Shown here piece by piece: positions 1 to 49,200 of a stretch of 64,000 nucleotides of DNA; positions within the stretch are counted from its first letter, which is position 1, and each line of letters begins with the position of its first letter. The position numbers and the translations under genes are program-made. Origin of the DNA: Tubiluchus corallicola. Lineage: Eukaryota; Animalia; Priapulida. The stretch spans positions 186,001-250,000 of the forward strand of contig JAQGDQ010000028.1 of NCBI GenBank assembly GCA_030141605.1. Reading direction: 5' to 3'. A model generated the notes under the pieces. That model made no database searches, had not been told where the DNA came from, and saw only the letters and a program-made list of their open reading frames with translations.

Positions 1-2857
1 TGACGTGAGTTTAAATTGTAAATTTAGCTGCTGCATATAAATCCATATAAATTAATTACATTTATGTTTACAGCTTGAGTGATATTAATAGAATGCAGTA
101 CATATGAATGCTTCAGGTATTTGCGTTTCGTTTTAGTATGACCTCAATTTGTGTCTTCAAGATATTTTTGTAACTTCTCATTTCATGATAGAATAAACCA
201 ACATTTTACCTTCATAGATTATCCAGTTGGTTCACATGTTTTGTCCAATGTAGTAACTAGCCATAACAGCTAAAAAATGGAGTATTCGATTATTTCTCTG
301 CAACGTAGCAGACTTTATGACGCCCCTCTTTATATCTTCACATCTGTTTCGTAATTAACCCAGAGATTCTTCTCTCCATTAAATTAAAAGCTGTTTGTTT
401 AACGTGTTATTTCATCTCTGCCGAATTTTCATTCTTTCCTGCTCCACATCTGGCTACGAATTTCCTTTCGCGTGTTTTTTGGCACAAGCATCGGCGATAA
501 AGGATGAAAACTTTGGTAATAAATGTGCCATTTTCCATGTGCTGTTGAGCCCGGTATGAAGCCTATTTCTTACTGGATGCATATCCATGACAGGGTAATT
601 GCAACGAACTTTGTCATTTATTGTCACTTGTAGCTTTTTCCAATCTTTTAAGCATTGCCTGTTTCAATAAACACTAATACTTGTCTTAGAAAAAGTGCTT
701 GACTTTTATCAGCATGTTTGCAGGTCTATTTTTCAAGTCAGCTTTTATCAATTGAACCTTCCAAATATGATGGAAAAATGTGGTTCCAGTCACTGAACTT
801 GAAGTTTATTAGCAAACTTCCAAATACAATATTTGGAGAAAAAAAATATGTAGGGCTCACAGCTTGTCGTTGAACAAAGTTCTGAGTATTAGTTTAGAAC
901 CGTACAAAACTGCAAACAAAATACTTACTAAAAGTAAAAGAATGAGTTTTGTTGTACATAAAAAGTTGATTTGTTTGTATTGCACTGACAGTCTTAAAGG
1001 AGGTCCATAGATCTATACTATTTAAAGCAAAACTGCTACAACAGGTCAAAAGCAGCATTCTCTACTCTTGACTGTTTTATATATTGTACAGCCTATACAA
1101 AAAAATGAGTTTTTTCCCTTTATTTTGTAAACAAAACAAATAATCACAATATTCACAAATTGCAATTGTTTTTTGTATTATTAATCTATTATCTACAGTT
1201 TGTGCAAAAACAAAGGCTAATATAAGTCATTTTTGTGTAACACATTAATGCAAAGGTATTACAAAGCTAACATTATTGCAAGATTTTGGTGCTAATACCA
1301 GTGGTCTAGTGATTGCAAACTGCACCATCTGTGCTATAATAGTATCTCAATCCTGTAGTCACTAACACAATCTTGGCATTGATCAAACAATTACAATGCC
1401 TGCTGTGCAAACTTGGACCATGTTTTATCTAATGCGAGAAGGAAGTGAGCTTTTATTTTGCAGTTAAGCAGATGTTTTTTGTCGTAAATTTGTGTTTAAA
1501 CAGTAGGGTGTTCCTGTGTACTACTACTTGTTCACTTGTTTTGATTTTAGACAACATTCCTGACAGACAGTTGATGAGTATGACTTAAATAAACTTATTT
1601 AAAACCCATCTAAATTCATATATCTTCCCTCCTACACATCCTGCATGAGTTTATAAATTTAGCGCGGGAAGTTTTTAAAGATGTTTTTGGTTAGCTGTGT
1701 GCACTCAGTGATAGCAAGATTTTTTTCTCAGATAACCAACAATCACTGCAATATAGCTACATAAATTAGAAGTCATAAATCTGAGGTTTCGTAAGGCTTT
1801 CCTATACACTGCATTTGAAAAGTAGTAAAAATCTGTGGAATAGATGAATTTGTGGTTCACAGTAAACATGTTTAAGATGTTGGGACTTTTCTATTTCACC
1901 CACGTCTGCTGACAGCATTCCAATCAAAAGTAAAGCATGGCTATTCAAAAAGTTGCAGTGAAGCTTGTTATCATATCTCTCCAAATAATCAAACAAGTAG
2001 TTTTAATTAAATCTTTATTTACCGATTTAAAAACAGGTGAAAACAATAAAATTATGGCAAATTCACCTGTCAGTGATGATGGCAAATGTGTCTGGTGCAA
2101 ATTATACAAGTTCCACGTAAGTGCAAGTTGAAACATTATAATTATAACTACACATAATATTAAAAAGATACACAGTACGACTCATTGCCAGAAATTTTAT
2201 ACAATATTAGTTCATATATAATAATAAAAAATGCAATGCACTGTTAGCACATAATAGTTTAAATAAATTTTATGGAGTCATCGCAATTTATTGCAATCAA
2301 AGTAAAGAATAAAATCGACTATAATACAATAAAATTTAACATGTGTATCAAAAAGATCAACTTCAAATTGCCTTATACACAGAGGATTGAATAGAATTAT
2401 GTTATTTCATTAATCGGTAATGCAGATCTGGAGCACTAATGTGTAAAATGAAAAATAGGTCTGACTGAATGTTGTTATTTTGATACATTGAGTTTTCAAT
2501 TCTGTCGTTTCTTTGCTAATATTAATGTATCAGTTTGCTTAATTTCCAAAGGAAATTATATAGAGCCTAGATAATTAGATATCAGGATTGGCAACAATGT
2601 TGAAATGTTCTTTTTCTGCCTTCCAAATCCCTTGAGCTGACACATAGAGACTGATAACGCAACAAACTGACTAATATTTTTGAGTGAGCACAACTGAACA
2701 CGCACAAACTGATGCCTTTATAACCTGTGTTTTCAGACTTTTTTGAAGTAATTTTGTGCAAAGCTAAATATTACAATGTCATGGTAGCAAATAAATTATT
2801 TCCTTCCAATCCCATTTCACATTTTAAATTAATCTGAATTATTTATTGTCCTTTTAG

Positions 2858-38638
<35,781 letters not shown>

Positions 38639-41600
38639 CAGTCAAACAGATGACAAGCTCATTTTCTTCAACCATTCCACGTTTAATTGAAGTGCAGCTA
38701 TCGTAAACTTAAAAAAACGGCTATAAGAGAGTGAGGAGAATAAGAGGCTGAGGACAGGAAGTGAATTAAGAGCATGGCATGATTTAGGTGAAATTTATAC
38801 GACATTTGTCAGTTGGCAAGTGAATATGACTTCCAAAAAATTGCAAATCATTTGTTTATTGTGATGGCACAATGTATTGCTACAAGTGGGATTTTTCAAC
38901 AAGCGACGAGCTCTGTTTTCCTCATAAGACATGTTATAGTGCTTCACTTTATTGTCAATGATTTTGTGACAATCACTTCTTATGGGACAGATGTATTTCA
39001 TTGCTCTGTTTGTAGCATAATTATTGTTTTTATTGTTCCACAGAAGTGTTAACGATAACATAAGGTCAATAAAAAAATTTGTCAGTCAGTATGTAAGAAC
39101 AGTCTGTGCAAAGTAAAAGTGTTGTAACAGTTCGACTGCGAAAGAATGATAAGCAAAATAAAGGCTCGATTGGTTTTTGTAGTTTTTCTTTTATCATAAC
39201 ATTTTTATTGACCATTTGTGTGCTTTTATGTTTGTGAAGATTTATCAGATGATGGTTTAAGTTAGTTATGATTGAAGGAGTGCTATCAGCTAATTTTGTG
39301 CAGTTTTTAGCTGCTGAAAACTCGATATTTGTTTTATTACTGAATTTTTATTGATTTTTGTTTAAAACACAAAGGACTACACGAATAATTGGTACAGTTG
39401 TGGTGCATTTTGAAACCCATACCTACATAATGTAAAATTGACAAACCCATGATTTTTATTGTACTTACTTATAACTCATTAACTATTAAGATAGCTTGAG
39501 TGACATATTTAAAGTAATGTAGTCATAAAGAAGTCTAGTCGTCTACCTCACATATTTTAGTATTTTGCATCTCATGTTTGTCATTTGTGAATGTAAACAT
39601 TTGAATGGTAAACCAGAAATTATTTATCTTTTACTTTTATAAAACTGTCTGCTCAATTACTATCATTATTGAACACACTAGTACATTTATTGTCTGTGTC
39701 AATTGTCTTTGTAATACTTGCAATGTATGAGAATTTTAACTGGCGGAAACATTTCATCTTTATTGCCATAGCTAAAACGATTTATCTTGCAAGTACTGGT
39801 ATTATTTTTTCCGTGCCTTGTATATTATTTGCTTGCTTTGCTTTTACTATCTTTTTTTCACTTTAAATCCTATTGTGTGACTCACTTACGCTGCTTTCAT
39901 TGTGTTAGTTTATCAAACTGACTTACGTGAAAGAACTCTTAAAATAAGTGGGCATTCGTTTTATTGTACATATGTGAAAGTGTTATAGATATCAGCTTAA
40001 GGACTGTTTATTGTAGTATTTTTTAGTAGCAAATGATGGCTAGTACAACTTCAAACTATTTCTTGTTTCAAGTTTTTGTCATTCTTGTGTTTACAATTTT
40101 TATCAAAGCATGCATTATTTGTGTTACAATTGCTCACATAAATATAAAAACACCATATAAGATATTAAAGTTCCTGCTAAGATGTGTCAGTATTTATTCA
40201 TATGTGGAAGAATAATAATGTTTTGTAGAGTATCACGTCTATTATTTAACTTTCAATATCATTATTCACAAATATTTAAGTAGCAGACAATGCTTGCAAA
40301 CTATCACCCATTTTAGACAGCTTTTTTTCTGTCAAGATTGTACATTTTTCAAATTTAATTATATACATAACTATCTCATACTTGCTTAGATTAGTTATGT
40401 ATGGCAGAAATATACGCATTGTTGATAACCTGCTGTATGATTATGCTAAGAAAAAATTCATTGGATTTTATATCTGTCCATTTCTAGGCTAGTCACCTAG
40501 GAACTGGCTTGCTGGCGAGTCAGTTCAACATCTATGGTCTAGTGCTAGTGACTTGGCAATATTTTTGTAGTCAGTATCTTGTCTGAGCAGACCATTGTAG
40601 CTGGTTTACATGATCTGCCCAGCCAATTATTTACAGTATTTTTTTACCTAATAACAGAAGTAGTTTCAATATTTAGAACAATTTAATTATTTATTTAATT
40701 ATTGATAGCAATGCGCAGTTAATGCCGCAACAGTATTAATCATATTCGTTTGCAGTTTGGTTTAGCATAACAAAAGTAAAATAGTTAATTTAAATTATTT
40801 TTGAGCTGTAACTTTGGTGTCAACTAGTACTGCACGGTGCAGCTTTTTAAATAAAACTTTCATGCATTTACTTCACTTATAGCTTGTAAACTTCATTCAC
40901 TGTTTTGCATATTAAGATTTGTGACACTGACATGTGTTCAAGTGTTTAAATACTAATCCCATTAATTTAACTCTTGACTTGGTTATATTTCAAACCTGGA
41001 TTGACATTCTCAAAATAAGCATTGTTTTTCACCCCACTATTATTAGTCAGGTTTTAATGTCAAAAACTGTCTTAATGGCAAACCATAACTGATACAGAAG
41101 TTCTTCCACTTCTTAAGTGAAATGACTCGATGTGAAAGAGCCTTTAGATAGTCATTACATTAATGTTCTATTTAGTCTATTGCCATTGCATTAGAACATG
41201 CTGTAATATTAAATTGTGGAAAACTTAAATTTTTCCACTCACTACAGAGTTGTTTTTGTTAGTTTATACATGCGAGTAAAAATAACTAAGTCCAACATTT
41301 AGCAATAGTATTTTATCCTACCCCTAACAGTTTGTGGTTATTCACATTTATTAGAGAGATACGTGTGTATGGTGGCATTATGTTTGTTGTAGCTCAATTA
41401 CCTATGAAAAGAATAGAACTTTAATCATATTAACTCAACATCTGCAGATTTTCTGTTTTATTTGCACAAAGTGGTTTCTAATTGAGATTCTTTTTGATTA
41501 AAACCGAATGCATTGAAATGTTTACACAATTACACCCAACTTGTTATGGGGTAGAATTTTTTCTGCACTTTGACATTCCAGCTGGTATCCAGCATCCAGG

Positions 41601-44307
41601 TCTACTCAATAAGATGTTGCGACAGGATTGGAGCCTGGTTCACTGTCAAAGATGTTAAAAATGCAGGCGGAATTCATAATCTACCTAAGGAATTCCTTGG
41701 CATAGAATTCCTATGGTAAAAACCTGCTCTTACCATAAGGATGTCACAATACTAACAAGGTGTAAAAAAGGTCTTTTTAGCTATTCTGAAATAAGATAAA
41801 TTCAATAATAATAAAAAAATTTAGGATCATGAAAGGTCAATCTTACATTGGTGCAAATTCTACCTTAAGCACCTCTGATGCAAAAGTTATCATAGCTGTC
41901 TGGAATGCAAAAGGATTGGGGCTCGACTTACAGTGAAGTGCAACAAAATTTTTCAAACTTTCTAATTTAGTATTGCTTTACTGCATTTATATGATTAAGG
42001 AACACTATTAGACTATGAGAACATTGAAATTTTGCAATATCCGTGTATTGTAATCATGATGTGTAAAACGAATTCACAGTGTGGCAAACAGAGAATAACA
42101 ACTATAGTCAATAACAGTCTAGCAGATATCAATGCTTTTCTCTAATAGATGTCTGCTGTTAAATTCATCATACTACATCGTGCAATATAAAATAATTTTT
42201 ACAAAACCACCAATTCAAGCAACACCAAATATGTGAACAGGAGTAACACCAGCTCATATAAAATAATGCGAAATGTTCAAAAATTACAAAAAATACTGCT
42301 TACTCACTGTATGATCACAATGGCACCGTAAGGTATTTCCTTCAGGAATGTATATAAAATTGTTACACGAAATAGAAACGCATGTAACTTATGCAGATCA
42401 CTAATAGTTCTAGACAAAAAACAGTACTGATTATCTAAACCTAAGCATTACACCCAACATTTATCATAGTAAGACTTAATATTTCCCTTTTGTTGCAATC
42501 CAGTATACCTATTAGTCTTCAGCATTAAATTATAAGCACACATTTCATAATTGAGAAATTCCGAAAGGATACAAAGTCGGCATTTATTATGAAGTCACTG
42601 CCGCATTCGTAACAAAGGAAACATCTTAATGACCATGAATCTGAATCATAAAACAGACTCCCAATACAGAACAGAGAAGTAAAGAAGCACAAGGGTTCAG
42701 CACATCACAATGTATTAGGCTTTCCAGAAAATCACATAGCAAATGATGACAAAAACTACAAAATGACATCTTGTGATTTTCTCGGCTTGTACTGAAACAT
42801 GCTATATTTTAAAAGTGTCTTTATTTGTGGAATTCCTTCACTGTGGTATATTTTTTGCTACATACCAACTTATCAAGGTGTCAATGTCAATTTTGTTGAA
42901 CTTGATCAGGCAGTGTCAAATTCAATCAGGTATTAGTCAAATTGACCAACTTGATGAGGTTAAAGTTAAATTTAAACCCAATTTAAATCTCAAATTTGAT
43001 CAAAATGTCACATTTAATAAACTTTTTGTCAAATTTTGTGAAGTTTGTGACTTCTCTGTTAAATTCGACTGTATTAAAATTATAGTTAGCACAGAAATTT
43101 ACAATTCTAAATACAGCTACTTCAATTAAAGTCAGTGACCTGCCAACACAGAATGCTAACAAAATTGTCCACATGAAGAATAAATGCAAAAATGGGGATT
43201 ATGCAACCTAAGTACATAAAAGGGAAATGAAATTAAATTGGGATTATATCTTGAACTCAAATTTCGTCTTCTTACATTTAATATACAAAATAACAATTTG
43301 ACTACGGTATTTTGTTCTAGTGTATAATAAATTCTATTATTGGCAGCTATTCCAGCTAAGTACTTGGGGCTGCAGTAACCCACTAAACTATCCAGTTCTA
43401 ACTTTTTGCAGTACTCTATATCACATTAACTTGCGTCACAAAATATGCAAACACAACTGCTAGAACGTACATATCAAATATCAAAAAATACAAAAAATAA
43501 CTAACATATTTGTAGGCACTTCAGTGCTGAAATAGGCCCTGTACATGTAAACATCATTTTAACAATTAAAGTATCAAAAATATATAAGTTGCATACATCA
43601 GTAAATGACTTCTCCAATATACTTATACATAAGCAGCTTACAAAAATACATTGTAGTCGATAGTTGCAAACAGCATAATTGTATAATTTCATCAAAAATA
43701 TGCCACAAAATTTCCAAAACTTTAGTCACAAGAAATATAGTAGTATTAACAATAGCAACATGATCTAATATATGATATTGGATAACGATTATGATCATAG
43801 CAATAACCCAGTGATGTACGTTATGTTAAAACTACTCCCTGGTTAGCTCAAAAACAATGCTGTATATTAGATGCCCGTGGTTCAAATCCAGATCGAACGT
43901 AAGATTTTCATTAATTTTTTTCACCATTATCTCAGAATATCAGATTGCACATCGTTGAGGTCTTCAGTTAAAGTCTGTTCTGTGGAATGGGGGTAAAAAA
44001 AGGTGTGACATTCAAACACTGCCTATCAAACTTTGCAAAGGTAAACAACTGCTACGGAAAATAACTACAATTTTAAGCATAAACGAAAAAACCTTCTAAG
44101 AAACCTGGCTGCAAGTAATAAATATTTTCCTGAGCAATTGTTTTTCATCAATTGTATTCTTGAGGTACTTGTATTAGTCACATGATAATGATAATTGATT
44201 TAATTGTTAAACTTTTGTAATCACTGTCTACCTTAATATGAGTCTTCTTAATTTTTTATTTTTCGGTCTGCTGAAAATGAGCACTGTGTCTCTTTTAAAT
44301 CTCGGAA

Positions 44308-45273
44308 TTATGACGAATCATCACTAAAATATTTATGCCTCAATGCTTTCAGTGCGCTTATTCTAGCAGTATGTTTATAAGTTAGTAACTTTTCCAGTAA
44401 ATCTTTTCCATCGGGGCAAATATCTGGTACAAGACTTTCTAGCGGTACAACTTTGAAATGATGCTGTTGAGAGCAAAATGCCTCGTGAGGTATTCCAACA
44501 TTTTGAGGCCAGTCTTCAGCAGGTGGTAGGTCGATCACTTCAAAAATTTTAAACAGCTGATTTGGCTCAGAAGTTCCCTCAAAGAGCGGTTTTCTTCGAT
44601 AAAGTTCAGCGAAGATACAACCACAGCTCCACAAGTCTACGGATGTTGCATAACTCTGCTGGAGGAGGACCTCTGGTGCACGATACCAAAGTGTGACGAC
44701 TACATTTGTGAGGAGCATGGTGAAGTGATAAACCCGAGCAAGTCCAAGGTCGGCGATCTTCAATTGGTTTTCAGCAGTTATTAGAATGTTCTGCGGCTTC
44801 AGGTCTCGATGAACTATTCTGTGCGAGTGCAGAAAATCCACACCCGTCAACAACTGATGCATCAAATCTCGAATTCGGTCATGACCGAGTCCAGAATCGA
44901 CGTGCTGTTTGAGGTACCTCTCAAGGTCCTGCTCGATGTACTCAAACACAATAGAAACGCGCATTTCGTTTTCGTAGAACCGATCGTGACAGACATCAAA
45001 GCATTGCACAATGTTTCTGTGTTCAAATCGATCCAGCTGTTTTAGGAGGGCAATTTCTCTTATAATGTTCATTGGCATGCCTTGTTCGGACATAGGAATG
45101 CGAATCTGTTTGATAGCGACTAAACGTTCATTGTTACGGGTATCTTTGGCTTTGTAAACCGTTCCATAAGCTCCCGTACCGATTCTTTCAAGAAGTTTGT
45201 ATGCACTCCTCCCTTCTGGTTGCGCTGTTGCTTGCTGAGTGGTAGTAGTTTTTGTGCACATGTTTCCATCCAT
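44308..45273 (-). CDS. CDK6: Cyclin-dependent kinase 4/6 orthologue, intronless CDS, 321 aa
   Basis: Complete kinase motifs IGTGAYGTVYKA, VAIK, GMPMNIIREIALL (PSTAIRE-equivalent), FEHRNIV, HRDLKPQN, ADLGLARVY...LTNVVVTLWYRAPEVLLQQSYATSVDLWSCGCIFAE are CDK4/6-specific. First ATG is at 45273 (the ORF track starts at TTG 45282). It cannot be assigned to CDK4 versus CDK6. Confidence 0.93.
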   Translation of the reverse strand: MDGNMCTKTTTTQQATAQPEGRSAYKLLERIGTGAYGTVYKAKDTRNNERLVAIKQIRIPMSEQGMPMNIIREIALLKQLDRFEHRNIVQCFDVCHDRFYENEMRVSIVFEYIEQDLERYLKQHVDSGLGHDRIRDLMHQLLTGVDFLHSHRIVHRDLKPQNILITAENQLKIADLGLARVYHFTMLLTNVVVTLWYRAPEVLLQQSYATSVDLWSCGCIFAELYRRKPLFEGTSEPNQLFKIFEVIDLPPAEDWPQNVGIPHEAFCSQQHHFKVVPLESLVPDICPDGKDLLEKLLTYKHTARISALKALRHKYFSDDSS

Positions 45274-45575
45274 GTCTGCCAAGCAATTAGCTGCACATCA
45301 CAGATGTAGCATAGAATTCACGCAAACTAACTGTCCCTCTGCCCTCTGTTATGAAACTGTGTCATGTTCTGCAAGGTCTAACTAGCCAAAATTCTAAAAA
45401 AAAAACAATTTTTAGTTACTAAGTACTGCATTTGCAAACTTAAATTTTAAAACAAAAAGCAAACTGCATAATTCTGAAAAGATACATCTTGTACACTCTC
45501 AAACTTAAGAAAGTTAAACGCTTCTCACTAGTACAGCCTATAAAATAACAGCAAGATGTAAACGTGCAATCGTAC

Positions 45576-46206
45576 CATCTCAGAAAAAGTTGATATGTAC
45601 TGTTGCTTAAGTAAAAACTACGTGATACTCATGTTTATTGTGGCACTGCATGTTTATGCTGTATAAACTGACTGCACATTTGCAAAAATTACAAAGCATA
45701 CCAGTGCTACTATTCAAATAGAATAAAAACTGCAAAATTATTATATTCACTGCAACCAATTTCTCTGCTTTACATTCACACTGCTTCGGAAAACAACGAA
45801 AAGAACGTACGAATACACGCTTGTCGCATGCTTTGTCCTCTCCACCCCCGCAGGGCAGCAGAGCCACCTGTTTGAAGGGTTCATGCAAAGGTCAGCGGTT
45901 TGGAAATTTAACAGACTTCAGTCCAGATGGCAGCACGTAGTTTCATTTATTTGTTGACAGAGGAATACCAGTCGTCACTTTGAGGAGTTTTTATTTTAAT
46001 GTTCATCGTAAAACTTCTACTTTTTCTGTATTTTTAAATTTTACACTTACAGTACGCCGCCAAAGATGACAGTTCGCGAATCATAGAAGTGTTTATATGA
46101 TTGTTTGACGTGAATTATTGACTCTTCAAATCCAAAAAACTGCAAACAGAAAATCTACACCTTTTAAATTTAGACTAATTGAGTTAGTCTGAAGGGCGTT
46201 TAAGAC
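45576..46206. promoter_or_regulatory. Putative bidirectional promoter region between divergent CDK4/6 and ACP7-like genes
   Basis: Start codons are 934 bp apart, head-to-head, with a local CpG/GC rise. Motifs: GC box-like CCACCCCCGC (~45842), CTCF-like CCAGATGGCAGCA (45923-45935), E2F-like TTTGGCGG on - strand (46057-46064). Motif matches only. Confidence 0.5.
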
Positions 46207-49200
46207 ATGTTGTATCACTTGTATAGTTGTTTGTTTCTACCTGTTTTAGCTGGGCACGTACTGAGGTATGAACCAAAAAGTCAAATTAGCCAACCTGAAC
46301 AAGTTAGAATTGCCTTCGGAAGTAAGTTGCCTACCAGTTCCTAATAACAATTTTAAGATGTAGTTTATTCTTCACTATCGTAAGCTTTGAATTTCTTGCG
46401 TGCTAAATTTCTAGCATGTGCCAGTAGGTTTCTTTATATCGTTTATAGAAAAGTTCATTTTTGTATTAACGAAATATGAAACAATCACATGGTTTGCTGG
46501 TTGCCAATGTTCATCTTAAGTCTTTTCGCCACAAAAAGTTCAATTAAAGTGGCTGTACATTTAGTATTCCAATGTGTCTTTGGATTTGCATTCAGAAAGT
46601 TTGTTTTCTAGTTAAACTTAAATTACTGGTTAGGAATTAAATCATGCTGTGTGATGAGCCACGATGAGATGAGCCACTGAACCATCCAAGGTATCTGAGC
46701 CATATTTGAAACAGTTCAGAGCGAGAATCAAAGCAGCTCACCCATCCACCCACTGACCAACGTCAGCAATATTATTAGCTTTGCTTACCAAGGACGACAG
46801 TGAGACCTCTAAACAATACATCAAACATTGTTACTTTTTCACAGCAAGTGCTTGAATAGCAGTTATTATCATGCTGTGTAAATGTTAGGTTTATCTTCCC
46901 AAATCACATCAGACAAATTTATAATAAATTGGTAGAGGTGCTACAGTGTTTGTATTATTTTGCCTTCTAACTTGTGTTAAGGCATCGAAGGAAGCAAAAG
47001 AAGGACCAGAGCTTTCTGGTATTTGAACTCGTTCAGGTGAGTATGCTGCCTAGTCTGAATCACAAGGTTGATCTTAGGCTAATGTCAGGTAAATTTGTAT
47101 AAATTTTGAAATATGATTCTTAATTGTTTTTGTTGTTAATTAATATTTAGGTAATGCCTCATCTGATGTGACTATAACATGGACAACTTTTGACAAAACT
47201 AGAAACACTCTCGTGCAATATGGGACATCACTGAAGAATCTTAGCTACATTGCCAAAGGACGTTTCAGTACCTTTGTAGATGGTGGTTTTGAACAACGAA
47301 AGGAATACATTCACAGAGTTTATTTGACAAACTTAAAGCCAAACACTAGATACTGTAAGTTATACAAGTTTATTAAAGTTTTTAAGTTTTTGCTCAAATC
47401 TGTCAGAACTCATTAGCTGATTAGTACATGAAATATCTCAGAGTGAAATAAACAAAAAGAAAAATATAAACTCATAATGCAGGTCCATAACTTTACATTC
47501 AAATTAATTCATGAACTACACAACAGTGCTAAAGTGCTTCTAAAAGAGTCTGCTGTACTAACAGGGGTGACTTGATCTCCAGACCAAGGTAAACTCTATC
47601 TGTTAGAACTGCTGTACTAACAGGGGTGACTTGATCTCCACACCAAGGTAAACTCTATCTGTTAGAACTGCTGTACTAACAGGGGTGACTTGATCTCCAC
47701 ACCAAGGTAAACTCTATCTGTTAGAACTGCTGTACTAACAGGGGTGACTTGATCTCCACACCAAGGTAAACTCTATCTGTTAGAACTGCTGTACTAACAA
47801 GGGTGACTTGATCTCCAGACCAAGGTAAACTCTATCTGTTAGAACTGCTGTACTAACAGGGGTGACTTGATCTCCACACCAAGGTAAACTCTATCTGTTA
47901 GAACTGCTGTACTAACAGGGGTGACTTGATCTCCACACCAAGGTAAACTCTATCTGTTAGAACTGCTGTACTAACAGGGGTGACTTGATCTCCACACCAA
48001 GGTAAACTCTATCTGTTAGAACTGCTATACTAACAGGGGTGACTTGATCTCCACACCAAGGTAAACTCTATCTGTTAGAACTGCTGTACTAACAGGGGTG
48101 ACTTGATCTCCACACCAAGGTAAACTCTATCTGTTAGAACTGCTGTACTAACAGGGGTGACTTGATCTCCACACCAAGGTAAACTCTATCTGTTAGAACT
48201 GCTGTACTAACAGGGGTGACTTGATCTCCACACCAAGGTATACTCTATCTGTTAGTACTGCTGTACTAACAGGGGTGACTTGATCTCCAGACCAAGGTAA
48301 ACTCTATCTGTTAAAAGTTCTCTTGACACTTTTAAAGCTAAACCTACAAAGTCATTGTTGCACTCTACTAAGTTCCAGTCTCCATTTCAGAACGACATAG
48401 TATCTTATGTATATTAAGTATTCACCATGCATGTATGAAAGTACCATATATTTAATTGGTGGCTTGTTAATTAGGTTTACTCCTTTTTAATTGATTATTG
48501 CTGTATTTTAGCAGAAAAATTTGTCTTTGGACTTCACAAAGTCCATTTGTCATTTTTAAAATTCGTGGTGTTTTAATTAATTTTATTGTACATAAGTGTA
48601 CCTAATTGTTTTTATTTCTACTTTTTATTATTATAGCATAATGTTTGTATATGTTTTAAACATTTGTCAATAAACTATTTAAATGAATTGAATTAAATTG
48701 AATTGAGACTGCTGACCAATTTGGACCAGTAAGTTTGGATCAGTTGTTTTTTACAAGGGCAAACAAAGTTTGGTCAACTGCAGTATTTGACTCAGCTGCT
48801 GTGACCCATTCTTGCACTAAATGGAACTTGAGATGCTAATATTTCAGACATTATACATGAGTTAGGCTTGTAATATTTTCTGAAACACTAATAGTAATTA
48901 CTTAATTCTTAATATAGGTAATTTCTTAGCCAACTATTCTTAATCATCTTCAGTGTTTGATGATAATCTATAGTACATTACATTGCATTTGATAACGTAT
49001 AATGTATTATTTCATTTACTTAATTCATTTAATAAGTATATTTAATGATAAATTCATTAAAATTTTTATCCGACAGATTATCGTTGCGGTGGGATTGATG
49101 GCTGGACGAAAATGTTCAATTTTTATACAGTCCCCGTGGGAACGGATTGGCCACTGCGATTTGCTGTTATTGGTGATATGGGATATGAGAATGCAGAAAC

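Noticed and set aside
42773-43189. 118-aa and overlapping ORFs between the convergent genes
   Set aside because: Low-complexity TCAA/TTGA-rich sequence with no recognisable domain or splice context.
43835-43900. Second tRNA/SINE-like sequence (TAGCTCA...GGTTCAAATCC)
   Set aside because: B box is present but there is no convincing cloverleaf or TSD; too degenerate to call.
44809-45045. Antisense ORFs overlapping coding exons (also 12588-13117, 23727-24032 and others)
   Set aside because: Shadow ORFs expected opposite GC-richer coding sequence; no independent protein signal.
47550-48316. CRISPR-like regular array
   Set aside because: Units are head-to-tail with no unique spacers, there are no cas genes, and the context is a eukaryotic intron; it is a minisatellite.
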